Positions 1-9,558 of a stretch of 64,000 nucleotides of DNA are shown here, piece by piece. Source of the stretch: a candidate division WOR-3 bacterium (GTDB lineage Bacteria; Hydrothermota; Tepidihabitantia; SM23-42; JAOAFX01); contig JBBILZ010000001.1 in NCBI GenBank assembly GCA_037444665.1, positions 25,434 to 89,433 on the forward strand, given 5' to 3'. A program made the position numbers and the translations under genes. The notes under the pieces are model-generated. The model was not told where the DNA came from. It saw only the letters and a program-made list of their open reading frames with translations, and did not search any database. The first letter of the stretch is position 1. Each line of letters opens with the position of its first letter.

Positions 1-539
1 TACTAAATATTGAAAATGTGAGTAATGCATTAGAGATAATTACTTCTTCTATTGGTCTTGCTATCAGTCAGCGCCACATTACAATCTCAACTGCGGGCAT
101 AATTGAGGGAATAGAGTATTTTTTGAATTCAAAATGGAAGATAAAGCTTGCCATATCACTCAATTTTGCAGACCAGTCAAAGCGCGAAAAATATATGCCC
201 GTTGCAAAGAATAATAGACTCAACGATGTGCTTAAACTTGCCCGTGAATATTCAGCAAAAAAACAGATGGTTACTTTTGAATATGTTTTAATTAAAGGTA
301 TAAATGATTCGCTTGAGGATGCACACCAACTTTTGAAATTACTAAAATCAATCCCCTCAAAAATTAATCTAATTCCTTATAATGAGCACCCTGAACTTCC
401 ATATCAGGCACCAGACAGAGAAACAATTGAGCAATTCCAGAAGGTTCTATTCAATTCAAACCATCCGGTTATCCTGCGCAAATCAAAGGGCAAGGATATT
501 CTGGCTGCCTGTGGCCAGCTCGCAGGACAACCCTGTTAA
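1..539 (+). CDS. rlmN: 23S rRNA (adenine2503-C2)-methyltransferase RlmN, C-terminal part (5' end cut by the window edge)
   Basis: ORF 18..539 is open back to nt 1. The translation has RlmN/Cfr-type radical-SAM C-terminal motifs (ISTAG, NLIPYN, ACGQLAG). Confidence 0.8.
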   Translation, partial: LNIENVSNALEIITSSIGLAISQRHITISTAGIIEGIEYFLNSKWKIKLAISLNFADQSKREKYMPVAKNNRLNDVLKLAREYSAKKQMVTFEYVLIKGINDSLEDAHQLLKLLKSIPSKINLIPYNEHPELPYQAPDRETIEQFQKVLFNSNHPVILRKSKGKDILAACGQLAGQPC

Positions 540-546
540 TTAAAAT

Positions 547-1125
547 TTAGTAGTTCTCTGCCAGAACTTCATAGAAAGATTGCGGATGTTTGCACGCCGG
601 ACATTCCTTAGGTGCATCAGCCCCTTCAAAAATATAACCACAATTTCTACAGTGCCATTTTACAACATTGCCTTTTTTAAAGACCGCATTATTTTTAACA
701 TTGGCAAGTAATTTCCGGTAACGGCTTTCATGAAATTTTTCCACTTTGGCAATCTCTCTAAATGAATGAGCAATTTCAGGAAAACCTTCTTCATCAGCAA
801 TCTTTGCAAAATCAGCATAGAGTTTTGTCCATTCAAAATTTTCGCCATCTGCAGCAGATTGAAGATTGGATGCAGTATCTTTTATCATTCCGGCTGGATA
901 TGCTGCAGTTATCTCCAGGTCACCACCTTCAAGATATTTAAAAAAGACTTTGGCATGCTCTTTTTCATTATCTGCAGTCTCTAAGAATATTGCTGAAATC
1001 TGTTCATAACCTTCTTTTTTTGCTGCCGAAGCAAAATATGTATAACGGTTACGTGCCTGACTTTCTCCGGCAAAAGAGATCAACAGATTCTTTTCTGTTT
1101 TTGTTCCTTTCAATGATTTAGCCAT
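547..1125 (-). CDS. rbr: rubrerythrin
   Basis: 192 aa. N-terminal ferritin-like di-iron helices with E...EKEH pairs, and a C-terminal rubredoxin-like CRNCGY...CPACKHP. Confidence 0.9.
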   Translation of the reverse strand: MAKSLKGTKTEKNLLISFAGESQARNRYTYFASAAKKEGYEQISAIFLETADNEKEHAKVFFKYLEGGDLEITAAYPAGMIKDTASNLQSAADGENFEWTKLYADFAKIADEEGFPEIAHSFREIAKVEKFHESRYRKLLANVKNNAVFKKGNVVKWHCRNCGYIFEGADAPKECPACKHPQSFYEVLAENY

Positions 1126-1137
1126 AAAGACTCCTAT

Positions 1138-2007
1138 TTATTTTAATATCTCTTTAATTAATTCTGCTACATTGGCCGGTGTCTCTCCAACCCTGACACC
1201 CGCAGACTCAAATGCCTTTATCTTTTCTGCCGCAGTTCCTGCAGTTCCTGAGATTATTGCACCAGCATGGCCCATCCTTTTGTCTGGTGGTGCAGTCTTA
1301 CCTACAATAAAACCGAATGCCGGTTTCTTAAAATACTTTTTAATATAGTCTGCTGCATCCTGCTCATCCCTGCCCCCGATTTCACCAACAAGCACAACCG
1401 CTTCTGTATCCGGGTCTTTTGCAAACAATTCAAGGCAATCAATAAATTTTGTGCCGATTATCGGGTCACCACCAATGCCAATACAGGTGGATTGACCAAG
1501 CCCTATTCTCGTAATATGGTCAACAATTTCATAGGTGAGCGTACCACTACGGGATATAACACCGACCTTTCCTTTCTTGAATATATGCCCTGGTAAAATA
1601 CCAACTTTTGCCTCACCTGCAGACACAAGACCTGGTGAATTAGGACCAATCAAACGACATTTTTTATCTTTTAAATAGGCAATAATCTTCACCATTTCAA
1701 CTGTGGGAATCCCTTCAGAAATACAAACAACCAGTTCTACGCCTGCATCAATCGCTTCATAGATTGCACCCGGTGCAAACTTTGCCGGAACAAAAATAAC
1801 CGAAGTATTAGCACCTGTGTTCTTCACTGCCTCAGCCACAGAATTGAATACAGGCACACCCTCAACCTCTGTGCCACCCTTTCCTGGGGTCACTCCTGCA
1901 ACAACCTTTGTTCCGTAATTTAGCATCTGCCGTGTATGGAAACTACCATCCCTGCCTGTAATACCCTGAACAACTAACTTCGTGTTTTTATTTATCAAGA
2001 TACTCAT
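1138..2007 (-). CDS. sucD: succinyl-CoA synthetase alpha subunit
   Basis: 289 aa, CoA-binding N-terminus ([13 protein letters not shown]) and the catalytic His loop. Lies directly downstream of sucC on the same strand. Confidence 0.9.
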   Translation of the reverse strand: MSILINKNTKLVVQGITGRDGSFHTRQMLNYGTKVVAGVTPGKGGTEVEGVPVFNSVAEAVKNTGANTSVIFVPAKFAPGAIYEAIDAGVELVVCISEGIPTVEMVKIIAYLKDKKCRLIGPNSPGLVSAGEAKVGILPGHIFKKGKVGVISRSGTLTYEIVDHITRIGLGQSTCIGIGGDPIIGTKFIDCLELFAKDPDTEAVVLVGEIGGRDEQDAADYIKKYFKKPAFGFIVGKTAPPDKRMGHAGAIISGTAGTAAEKIKAFESAGVRVGETPANVAELIKEILK

Positions 2008-2023
2008 TTTTTCTCCTTGTTAT

Positions 2024-3157
2024 TTATTTTGAAAGAAGTTCAATCGCCTTTTTGGCACCTTCATCCATTGTTTTGGCAAAGATCAATCCTGCCTCTTTTA
2101 AAATTTCCATTGCCTTATCTTCATTTGTGCCAGTTAATCGTGCTACAATAGGTTGTTTGATATTCAAAGATTTTTTTGCCTCAAGAATTCCTGTAGCAAC
2201 ATCATCACACCGTGTAATACCGCCAAATATATTCAAGAATATGACCTTTACATTCTTATCCCGCAACAGTATAGAAAGGGCATTCTTAACCTTTTCTGGA
2301 GAGGAAGAGCCACCAATATCCAGGAAATTTGCGGGTTCACCGCCAAAATACTTTACCAAATCCATTGTTGCCATTGCCAGGCCAGCGCCATTAACCACAC
2401 AACCTATATTACCATTAAGTTTTACATAGGACAGGTCACTTTCACGGGCAAGGAGTTCATTTTCATCCTCACTTTCTCTGTCACGCATTGCCTCAATCTC
2501 AGGGTGGCGATAAAGACCATTATCGTCAAAATTAATCTTGGCATCAAGGGCAATAAGTTTACCCGTATTATCAACAACCAGCGGATTTATCTCAGCAAGT
2601 GACGCATCATTTTCAACAAATAATCTGTAAAGTTTCTCTGCAATATTCGCACATTCAATCGCAGTCTTTGTATTTCCATAAAGAAAGAGTCCAATCTCTC
2701 TTGCCTTGTGTTCAAGTAGACCTAACAAAGGGTCAGCATAGACTTTGTAGATTGCCTCTGGTCTCTGCCGCGCCACTTCTTCAATCTCTACACCACCTTC
2801 TTTGCATGCCATAAAAACAATCTTCTTTTCATTACGGTCAATAATTATTCCCAGATAGGCTTCAGATGCAATACCTATTGCTTCAGAAACAAGCACTTTT
2901 TTTACAGGTATACCCTTTATCTCCATTCCCAATATCTTTGAACCAAATTCCTTAACCTCTGCATCATTCTTTGCTACTTTTATACCACCAGCCTTACCCC
3001 TGCCACCAACCATTACCTGCGCTTTGATAACACAGGGTAATCCTATCTCTTTTGCACTTAGAATAACTTCATCCAGATTAAAACAGACCTTTTCCCGGGG
3101 CACGGGAATATTATATTTTTTGAAAAATTCCTTTGCCTGATATTCATGGATTTTCAA
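2024..3157 (-). CDS. sucC: succinyl-CoA synthetase beta subunit (ATP-grasp)
   Basis: 377 aa starting MKIHEYQAKEFFKKYNIPVP, typical of SucC. Operon with sucD. Confidence 0.9.
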   Translation of the reverse strand: MKIHEYQAKEFFKKYNIPVPREKVCFNLDEVILSAKEIGLPCVIKAQVMVGGRGKAGGIKVAKNDAEVKEFGSKILGMEIKGIPVKKVLVSEAIGIASEAYLGIIIDRNEKKIVFMACKEGGVEIEEVARQRPEAIYKVYADPLLGLLEHKAREIGLFLYGNTKTAIECANIAEKLYRLFVENDASLAEINPLVVDNTGKLIALDAKINFDDNGLYRHPEIEAMRDRESEDENELLARESDLSYVKLNGNIGCVVNGAGLAMATMDLVKYFGGEPANFLDIGGSSSPEKVKNALSILLRDKNVKVIFLNIFGGITRCDDVATGILEAKKSLNIKQPIVARLTGTNEDKAMEILKEAGLIFAKTMDEGAKKAIELLSK

Positions 3158-3236
3158 ATTGCCTCCTTACAAAGGCAATTATATGCAGAATAACACCAAA
3201 GTCAAGATAACCAGCATGGCATCAGCATCGCCTTAC

Positions 3237-4475
3237 TTATTTTAATCTCCAGATAGGACGGCCTAAAACATATAGTAATATTGAATAAATTAAAGTAATA
3301 GAAGCTGCAATCAATATGGCAATCCTTTCGCCCAAAATATGTGCTACAGTACCGATCCAGAGTGCGCCAAAGGGCAAAAGACCAAAAAAGACAAAGGTAT
3401 AGATTCCCATTACCCTACCCCGCATCCCTTCTTCAACCTGCAATTGAACAAGGGAATTGCTGAGGTTCATAATTAAAATCTGGGACATACCCGCACAAAA
3501 AAGGAAGACAATGGATAAAAGAAATCTATCTGAACCAGTAAAAAGAATAATAAAGACAGGGAACAAAGATGTCCCGATACTGAGCAGTTTGCCCTTGAAA
3601 TTAAAAATACCTAAGGAAGCAATAAAAAGTGCTGATGTCAATGCGCCAAGACCACGCGCAGTTTGAAGAAACCCATTGGTTCGTGCATCACCATGAAGGA
3701 TCTTCACTGCCCAGGCAGGTAAGAGCGTAGAAAAGGTAACACCAAATAATGCCATTATTGCAATGGTAAGAACAAGTAGCCGAATTGTTGGATGTCTGAA
3801 AGTATATCTGATACCCTGTTTCAAATCCTCAAATGGAGAGTTTACTTTGTTTTTAACAAATTCAAATACAATCTTCATTTTGAAAAGGGCACTGATGACA
3901 GCAATAAATGTAATTCCGTTAATAACAAAACACCAGCCAGGACCGAGTGCGGCATAAATTATACCACCCATTGCTGGTCCCAGGGCAATTGCAGTATTAA
4001 ACATTGCAGAGTTCAGGGCAATGGCATTTGTTAATGCCTCGGGTTCAACCAGTTCACGAACAAATGCCTGGCGTGCTGGTGCATCAAATGCATTGGCAAT
4101 ACCCATACAGGCAGCCAGAAGAATAATATGCCAGGCCTGAACAACTTTCAAAAAAGTTAAAGATGCCAGAATAAATGCGAGTATCATCATCGCTGTTTGT
4201 GTAATAAATAGTATCTTTTTTCTGGGAACACGGTCAGCAATCACCCCGGCATAGAGCATAAAAATCCAGGTAGGCAGTCCTGCGGCAAAACCCACATAAC
4301 CTAAATATGCAGGAGAGTGTGTCAATTCATAGATAAAAAAACCCTGGGCAGTGGTCTGCATCCAGGTGCCAAAGAGTGAGACGAGCTGTCCAAAAAACCA
4401 GAGTTTGTAATTGGGATATTTCAGTGCCAGAAATGTCTTATGCCAGAAAAATTTTCTATCTGCTTCCATAATCAC
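3237..4475 (-). CDS. MFS transporter
   Basis: 412 aa, about 12 predicted TM helices, MFS-like N-terminus and an R/K-rich loop between TM2 and TM3. Confidence 0.7.
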   Translation of the reverse strand: MIMEADRKFFWHKTFLALKYPNYKLWFFGQLVSLFGTWMQTTAQGFFIYELTHSPAYLGYVGFAAGLPTWIFMLYAGVIADRVPRKKILFITQTAMMILAFILASLTFLKVVQAWHIILLAACMGIANAFDAPARQAFVRELVEPEALTNAIALNSAMFNTAIALGPAMGGIIYAALGPGWCFVINGITFIAVISALFKMKIVFEFVKNKVNSPFEDLKQGIRYTFRHPTIRLLVLTIAIMALFGVTFSTLLPAWAVKILHGDARTNGFLQTARGLGALTSALFIASLGIFNFKGKLLSIGTSLFPVFIILFTGSDRFLLSIVFLFCAGMSQILIMNLSNSLVQLQVEEGMRGRVMGIYTFVFFGLLPFGALWIGTVAHILGERIAILIAASITLIYSILLYVLGRPIWRLK

Positions 4476-5331
4476 TGAGCCCGAACTGTTCCAGTATTCT
4501 CAATGTATTACGATACTCTTCAGGACTAATACGACGATTGAGTTCACGATATTCATTTGCGCGATAACTTGGATGATACTGGTCCATTACATTAATAAAT
4601 GAATTCTTTGATATCTCGCTGGCAATAAATTCAAAGACACTCTCTGATGCAGCAAGATTATTGGGTAGAACCAGATGGCGTATTATTAATCCCTTTGTGG
4701 CAATACCATCTTCTATTATTAAATCTCCAACCTGCCTGTGCATCTCTTTCAATGCCTGTCTAACAGCATCCCAGTAATCTGGAACTTTTGAATATTTTTC
4801 ACCATTTTCATTATTTCCATATTTGATATCGGGCATATAAATATCAATTATACCTTCAAGTAATTTTAGTGTTTTTATAGATTCATAACCACCGCAATTA
4901 TACACAATAGGCAAATGCAATCCATTCTCCTGCGCTATTGCCGATGCTTCAATAATCTGCGGCACCCAGGGTGTGGGCGTGACAAGGTTTATATTATGGC
5001 AGCCCAGTTCCTGCAAATCAAGCATCATCTGCGCAAGCACTTCAATACTTATCTCGCGTCCCAGACCAAGTTGGCTGATATCATAATTCTGGCAATAGAT
5101 GCAATGCAAATTGCAGTGAGTAAAAAAAATTGTGCCAGAGCCGAATCTACCAACAAGACAGAATTCCTCACCAAAATGTTGGTGATAGGAAGAAACCTTC
5201 GGTCTCAATCCTGCTTTACAATTTCCCGTCTCACCTTTCAGCCGATTAACTTTACACTCCCTGGGGCAGAGCTGACAGGGGTTGAGCAATTTATAAAATT
5301 CGGCAATCAATTCCCCGGTAATTTTTTTCAT
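4456..5331 (-). CDS. radical SAM protein, PFL-activase-like (PflX/COG1313-type)
   Basis: 291 aa. CX3CX2C radical-SAM motif CNLHCIYCQNY, preceded by an extra N-terminal Cys cluster CQLCPRECKV...GNC. Confidence 0.7.
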   Translation of the reverse strand: MKKITGELIAEFYKLLNPCQLCPRECKVNRLKGETGNCKAGLRPKVSSYHQHFGEEFCLVGRFGSGTIFFTHCNLHCIYCQNYDISQLGLGREISIEVLAQMMLDLQELGCHNINLVTPTPWVPQIIEASAIAQENGLHLPIVYNCGGYESIKTLKLLEGIIDIYMPDIKYGNNENGEKYSKVPDYWDAVRQALKEMHRQVGDLIIEDGIATKGLIIRHLVLPNNLAASESVFEFIASEISKNSFINVMDQYHPSYRANEYRELNRRISPEEYRNTLRILEQFGLSDYGSR

Positions 5332-5372
5332 TTATAATTCAGGTATTCAGGCATTTTTGATTTTCAGGTTGT

Positions 5373-6419
5373 TTACTTTTCTCCATACCGATAATATGCA
5401 GCACAAGACCCTTCAGATGAAACCATACAGGCACCAACTGGACTGCCCGGAGTACACTTTTTGCCAAATAGTGGGCACTCGTGTGGAATCTTTAGCCCTA
5501 ACAAGACCTTACCACAGATACAACCCTTTGGCTTTTGCACCTCAGGAATTTTAATATCATATTTTTTTGTAGCATCAAATCGCTGATACAATTTTTTTAA
5601 TGTAAGTCCAGATTCAGGGATAATACCAATCCCGCGCCATTGCGAATCCACTGGCTCAAATACTCTATCAAGCAATTTTAAGGCAGTTGTATTACCTTCG
5701 GGTTTGACCACCCGGTTATATTCAATCTCTATATACGCCTGGTTTTTGCATATCTGCTCAACCAAATTTTTAATCCCTAATAGTATATCAATCGGTTCAA
5801 AACCTGTAATACAACCAGGTATGTGATATTTTTCTGCAATCAAGGTGTATGGTTTTGAGCCAATAATCGTTGAAACATGTCCGGGCAAAATAAAACCATT
5901 GACATTGAGCCGGGGCGATTGAGCAATAAATTCCAGGGCAGGCGGAATAATTTTGAACGCAGGAATTATATAAAAATTTTTGATATCTTTTTTTTCAGCC
6001 TCAAGAATGGTTGCGGCGACTGTGGGCGATGTGGTTTCAAAACCTACGCCGATAAATACTACATCTTTGTGTAAATTGTCCTGAGCAATAGCCAGCGCAT
6101 CCATTGGCGAATAAATAATCTTTGGATGATAAATTTCAAGGCTACCTTGCGAACCGGGCACACGCACCATATCACCGAATGTCGTAATTATCACATTTTT
6201 TTGCCGGGCAAGTTCTATGGTCCAATCAATAATGTTTTGTGGTGTTACACAGACCGGGCAACCAGGTCCAGAAAGGAGTTTTAAATTCTTCGGCATCATC
6301 TTTCTTATACCTGCACGGGCAATTGCCATGGTGTGCGTTCCACAAACCTCCATCAGAGCAATAGGTTTCTTTACATTATTCCTAATCTGCCTGACAATTT
6401 CTTCAACTGGATTTTTCAT
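5373..6419 (-). CDS. hypD: [NiFe]-hydrogenase maturation factor HypD
   Basis: 348 aa with the HypD motifs EVCGTHT and GPGCPVCVTP, and a C-terminal Fe-S CxxC...CxxC region ending CMVSSEGSCAAY. Confidence 0.85.
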   Translation of the reverse strand: MKNPVEEIVRQIRNNVKKPIALMEVCGTHTMAIARAGIRKMMPKNLKLLSGPGCPVCVTPQNIIDWTIELARQKNVIITTFGDMVRVPGSQGSLEIYHPKIIYSPMDALAIAQDNLHKDVVFIGVGFETTSPTVAATILEAEKKDIKNFYIIPAFKIIPPALEFIAQSPRLNVNGFILPGHVSTIIGSKPYTLIAEKYHIPGCITGFEPIDILLGIKNLVEQICKNQAYIEIEYNRVVKPEGNTTALKLLDRVFEPVDSQWRGIGIIPESGLTLKKLYQRFDATKKYDIKIPEVQKPKGCICGKVLLGLKIPHECPLFGKKCTPGSPVGACMVSSEGSCAAYYRYGEK

Positions 6420-6442
6420 ATTGTGAGTAAAAATTGTAACAA

Positions 6443-7615
6443 TTAAATTTTTTCAACCTTGTGATAATACATCACCACACGGCTGCGTCCAGCATTTTTT
6501 GCCTCATATAATGCCTTGTCAGCATTCTTTATCAATTCTGAAGGATTTAGGCCATCATCAGGATACGCAGCTACCCCTGCGGAAAATTCAATCTTTTTTT
6601 CACCAGGTGAATGGGTGGAGTCGTATATTTTAAAATTACTCAACAAATTTGCCACCATTTTTGCTGCTTCTTCTTTTTTCGTCTCCGGGAACATAACGAT
6701 AAATTCATCACCACCGTACCTACCTACCAGGTCTGTATCACGGAAATATTTACTGAAAATCTGTGATAGACGAATTAATAACTGGTCACCTGCCTGATGG
6801 CCAAATGTATCATTGAAATATTTAAAATTATCAAGGTCAATAATTGCTATAGCAAGACTGTGCTGGAATCTTTTTGCCCGGTTCAACTCTTCGGCAAGTT
6901 TATCCCTGAAGAATCCAATGTTATATAGTTTTGTCAGCGGGTCAATTGACGCAAGGTCGCGCATAATAGCTAAACTCATCGTATTCTGAAGTGCGGTTGA
7001 GGCGATCCGAACAACCACGCCAACAATGTTTTTTTCCCTTTCATCAAGGGAATTCTCGCGCTTGAATGCAATAACACCAAATAACCTATTTTGATACACG
7101 AGAGGATAACAAATATCAGGTGTAAAAAATATATATGGTTCTTTAATCCTTAAAACTTCTGATTCATGCGTTCCCAGAGGCATCCTTTTTTCAGCAGTCA
7201 CACCTACCCTGCCTTCGCCAACATCATAAACGAGTTTGGGCAACCAATTTTCATTCAATCCATGATGGGCAACGAGGTTTAATCGCTTCTCTTTTTCATC
7301 AAGAAAGAATAAAGCAACCTGGTCAGAATTGAGGTAATTATTCAAAAAACCTGTGATTTCCGTAGCAATCTCAAGTGGGTCTAATCGTGAGGTTAAACGA
7401 ATTATTGAAGAAAATAAGAGATTGTCCTGAGATGTGATATTGCGTAATTCATTGCGCATGCTAATATTTTCCTGTTTCTGTCGTTCCAGTTCATCGGTCA
7501 ATATCGCAATCTGGGACAATATTTCACTTTTTTTCTGTGTTTTTTGTGCCACAATGACTATGATAATTATCAAACCTATAACCAGAATTATGGCACCAGT
7601 AATTATATATTCCAT
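6443..7615 (-). CDS. diguanylate cyclase (TM, coiled coil, GAF-like, GGDEF)
   Basis: 390 aa. N-terminal TM helix and coiled coil, then a GGDEF domain with an intact RYGGDEF active site. Confidence 0.8.
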   Translation of the reverse strand: MEYIITGAIILVIGLIIIIVIVAQKTQKKSEILSQIAILTDELERQKQENISMRNELRNITSQDNLLFSSIIRLTSRLDPLEIATEITGFLNNYLNSDQVALFFLDEKEKRLNLVAHHGLNENWLPKLVYDVGEGRVGVTAEKRMPLGTHESEVLRIKEPYIFFTPDICYPLVYQNRLFGVIAFKRENSLDEREKNIVGVVVRIASTALQNTMSLAIMRDLASIDPLTKLYNIGFFRDKLAEELNRAKRFQHSLAIAIIDLDNFKYFNDTFGHQAGDQLLIRLSQIFSKYFRDTDLVGRYGGDEFIVMFPETKKEEAAKMVANLLSNFKIYDSTHSPGEKKIEFSAGVAAYPDDGLNPSELIKNADKALYEAKNAGRSRVVMYYHKVEKI

Positions 7616-7744
7616 TCTACACCAGTTATTTTATTATATACAATATTTTAAAAAAATCAATAGGTCACTCTTAGTCCCTTGTCATACTGTTATGCAACCC
7701 GTTTTCCCAATTTGTTAAATGGTAATTAGTAAATGATTAAATTT

Positions 7745-7945
7745 GGATAAGTAAGTAGTAAGTAGCGAATAACGAAACCAGATAAACTAAAAAGACTAAA
7801 TAGACCAGAGAAATCCAGTATCGAGTATCCAGTATCAAGGAAGCATCCGCGTCCTATAACCAATAACCATACTGGCTGCTATGCCCTACAACCTTAGACC
7901 TGTTTCTAACCAATCCCTGATATAGTGCCCGATAAATCGGGCGAT
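7745..7945. repeat. intergenic modular repeat element, copy A (inverted relative to copy B)
   Basis: Modules shared with 62634..62826 in reverse complement: hairpin gcccgataaatcgggc, agggcatag, cagtatggttattgg, tctctggtctatttagtcttttt, and a (TAC)-type tract gtaagtagtaagtag. Lies between the divergent GGDEF gene and rtcB. Confidence 0.6.
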
Positions 7946-8101
7946 TACACCTCTGGCAAAAGCAGATGATAAATCAGAAAACTCAGGAGAGTCAGAACCA
8001 TATTGACACAGACATATTTCAGTGTAGAATATATTGCCCATATTTAATATGGGTTCGCCAATCTATTTTTATAAATTTAAATATTGATTAAGGAGGTCAC
8101 C

Positions 8102-9556
8102 ATGGCGTGGCAAGGCGAACTGATTAAATTGGATGAATACCATTATAAAATACCAAAAACTTATAAAAGCGGTATGAAAACCGATGGCATTATATTTGCT
8201 TCTCCAAAGATGCTGGAAAAGATAAAAGAGGACCTGGCACCTGAACAGGTAGCAAATGTCGCAACCCTTCCTGGTATTGTTGGCTATTCACTGGCAATGC
8301 CTGATATCCATTGGGGCTATGGATTTGCCATTGGTGGTGTGGCAGGATTTGATATAAAAGAAGGTATTATCTCACCAGGTGGTGTTGGTTATGATATAAA
8401 TTGTGGTGTAAGACTTCTCAGAACAAATCTCAAGTATGCAGAAATAAAAAATAGAATAAAGGACCTGGTGCAGGCAATCTTCCATAATGTACCATCTGGT
8501 GTTGGTTCTACAGGCAAAATTAGAATTGACGAGCGTGAGGTAAAAGAGGTTCTGTTATATGGTGCTCAATGGGCATTAAAAAAAGGCTATGGCTGGAAAC
8601 GGGATATTGATAAGATAGAAGAGAATGGAATGTTGAAAGGTGCAAATCCAGAAAAGGTTTCAAAGAGGGCAATTGAAAGGGGTAGACCCCAATTGGGCAC
8701 ACTCGGTGCAGGAAACCACTTCCTTGAAATCCAGATCGTAGAAGATATTTATGATACTGAAGCAGCAAAAATTATGGGAATCTATGAAACCGGTCAGATA
8801 ACTGTTATGATACACACTGGTTCAAGAGGGCTTGGTTATCAAATCTGTGATGATAATGTAAAAACACTGGGTAATGCAGTGCATAAGTACGGCATAAATA
8901 TTCCTGATAGACAACTTGCCTGCGCACCGATTGAATCTCCCGAAGGAAAATCTTATTTTGAACAGATGGCTTGTGCAGCAAATTACGCCTGGGCAAATCG
9001 TCAGTGTATAATGCACTGGGTGAGAGAGGCATTTGAAAAGACCCTGAACAAAAAAGCAGAAGATTTAGAAATGGAACTCATTTATGATGTTGCTCATAAT
9101 ATTGCCAAATTTGAGGAACATCAGGTAGCAGAACAGATAAAAAAAATTTGCGTTCATCGTAAGGGCGCAACCAGGGCATTTGTGGCTGGGCACAAGGATG
9201 TTCCAGAGGTTTATAAAAAGATTGGACAGCCAGTCTTAATACCTGGTGATATGGGCTCACACTCTTATCTATTATTAGGGACAGAACAGGCAATGAAAGA
9301 AACATTCGGCTCAACCTGCCATGGTGCAGGAAGGCTGCTTTCCAGAACAAAGGCACTTGATGTAACCAGAGGAAGAAGGATTGATAAGGAACTTGAGGCA
9401 AAAGGAATCTTTGTCCTCTGCGCATCAAATGATGTTTTAAGAGAAGAAGTTCCAGAAGCATATAAAGATATTGATGTGGTGATTGAAGCAGTTGTAGGTG
9501 CGGGAATATCAAAAAAGGTAGCCCGTATGAGACCACTCGGTGTGGTGAAAGGTTAA
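8102..9556 (+). CDS. rtcB: RNA-splicing ligase RtcB
   Basis: RtcB motifs (GVGYDINCGVR, HxGSRGLG). I moved the start to the ATG at 8102 (MAWQGEL), which has an AAGGAGG ribosome-binding site 7 nt upstream. The ORF track begins at an upstream TTG at 8084. Confidence 0.9.
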   Translation: MAWQGELIKLDEYHYKIPKTYKSGMKTDGIIFASPKMLEKIKEDLAPEQVANVATLPGIVGYSLAMPDIHWGYGFAIGGVAGFDIKEGIISPGGVGYDINCGVRLLRTNLKYAEIKNRIKDLVQAIFHNVPSGVGSTGKIRIDEREVKEVLLYGAQWALKKGYGWKRDIDKIEENGMLKGANPEKVSKRAIERGRPQLGTLGAGNHFLEIQIVEDIYDTEAAKIMGIYETGQITVMIHTGSRGLGYQICDDNVKTLGNAVHKYGINIPDRQLACAPIESPEGKSYFEQMACAANYAWANRQCIMHWVREAFEKTLNKKAEDLEMELIYDVAHNIAKFEEHQVAEQIKKICVHRKGATRAFVAGHKDVPEVYKKIGQPVLIPGDMGSHSYLLLGTEQAMKETFGSTCHGAGRLLSRTKALDVTRGRRIDKELEAKGIFVLCASNDVLREEVPEAYKDIDVVIEAVVGAGISKKVARMRPLGVVKG

Positions 9557-9558
9557 AA

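Noticed and set aside
2052-2814. Plus-strand ORFs of 125, 149 and 71 aa inside sucC
   Set aside because: They are antisense to a confidently identified sucC. Their translations are low-complexity with no motifs. These are typical shadow ORFs.
5338-5372. A small hypC gene between hypD and the radical-SAM gene
   Set aside because: Only about 40 nt separate the two genes, which is no room for a roughly 80-aa HypC.
7745-7945. Possibility that the dispersed repeats are a CRISPR array or a MITE
   Set aside because: Copies are kilobases apart, not regularly spaced and of modular mixed content, which excludes CRISPR. No terminal inverted repeats or target-site duplications are evident, so a MITE is not supported.
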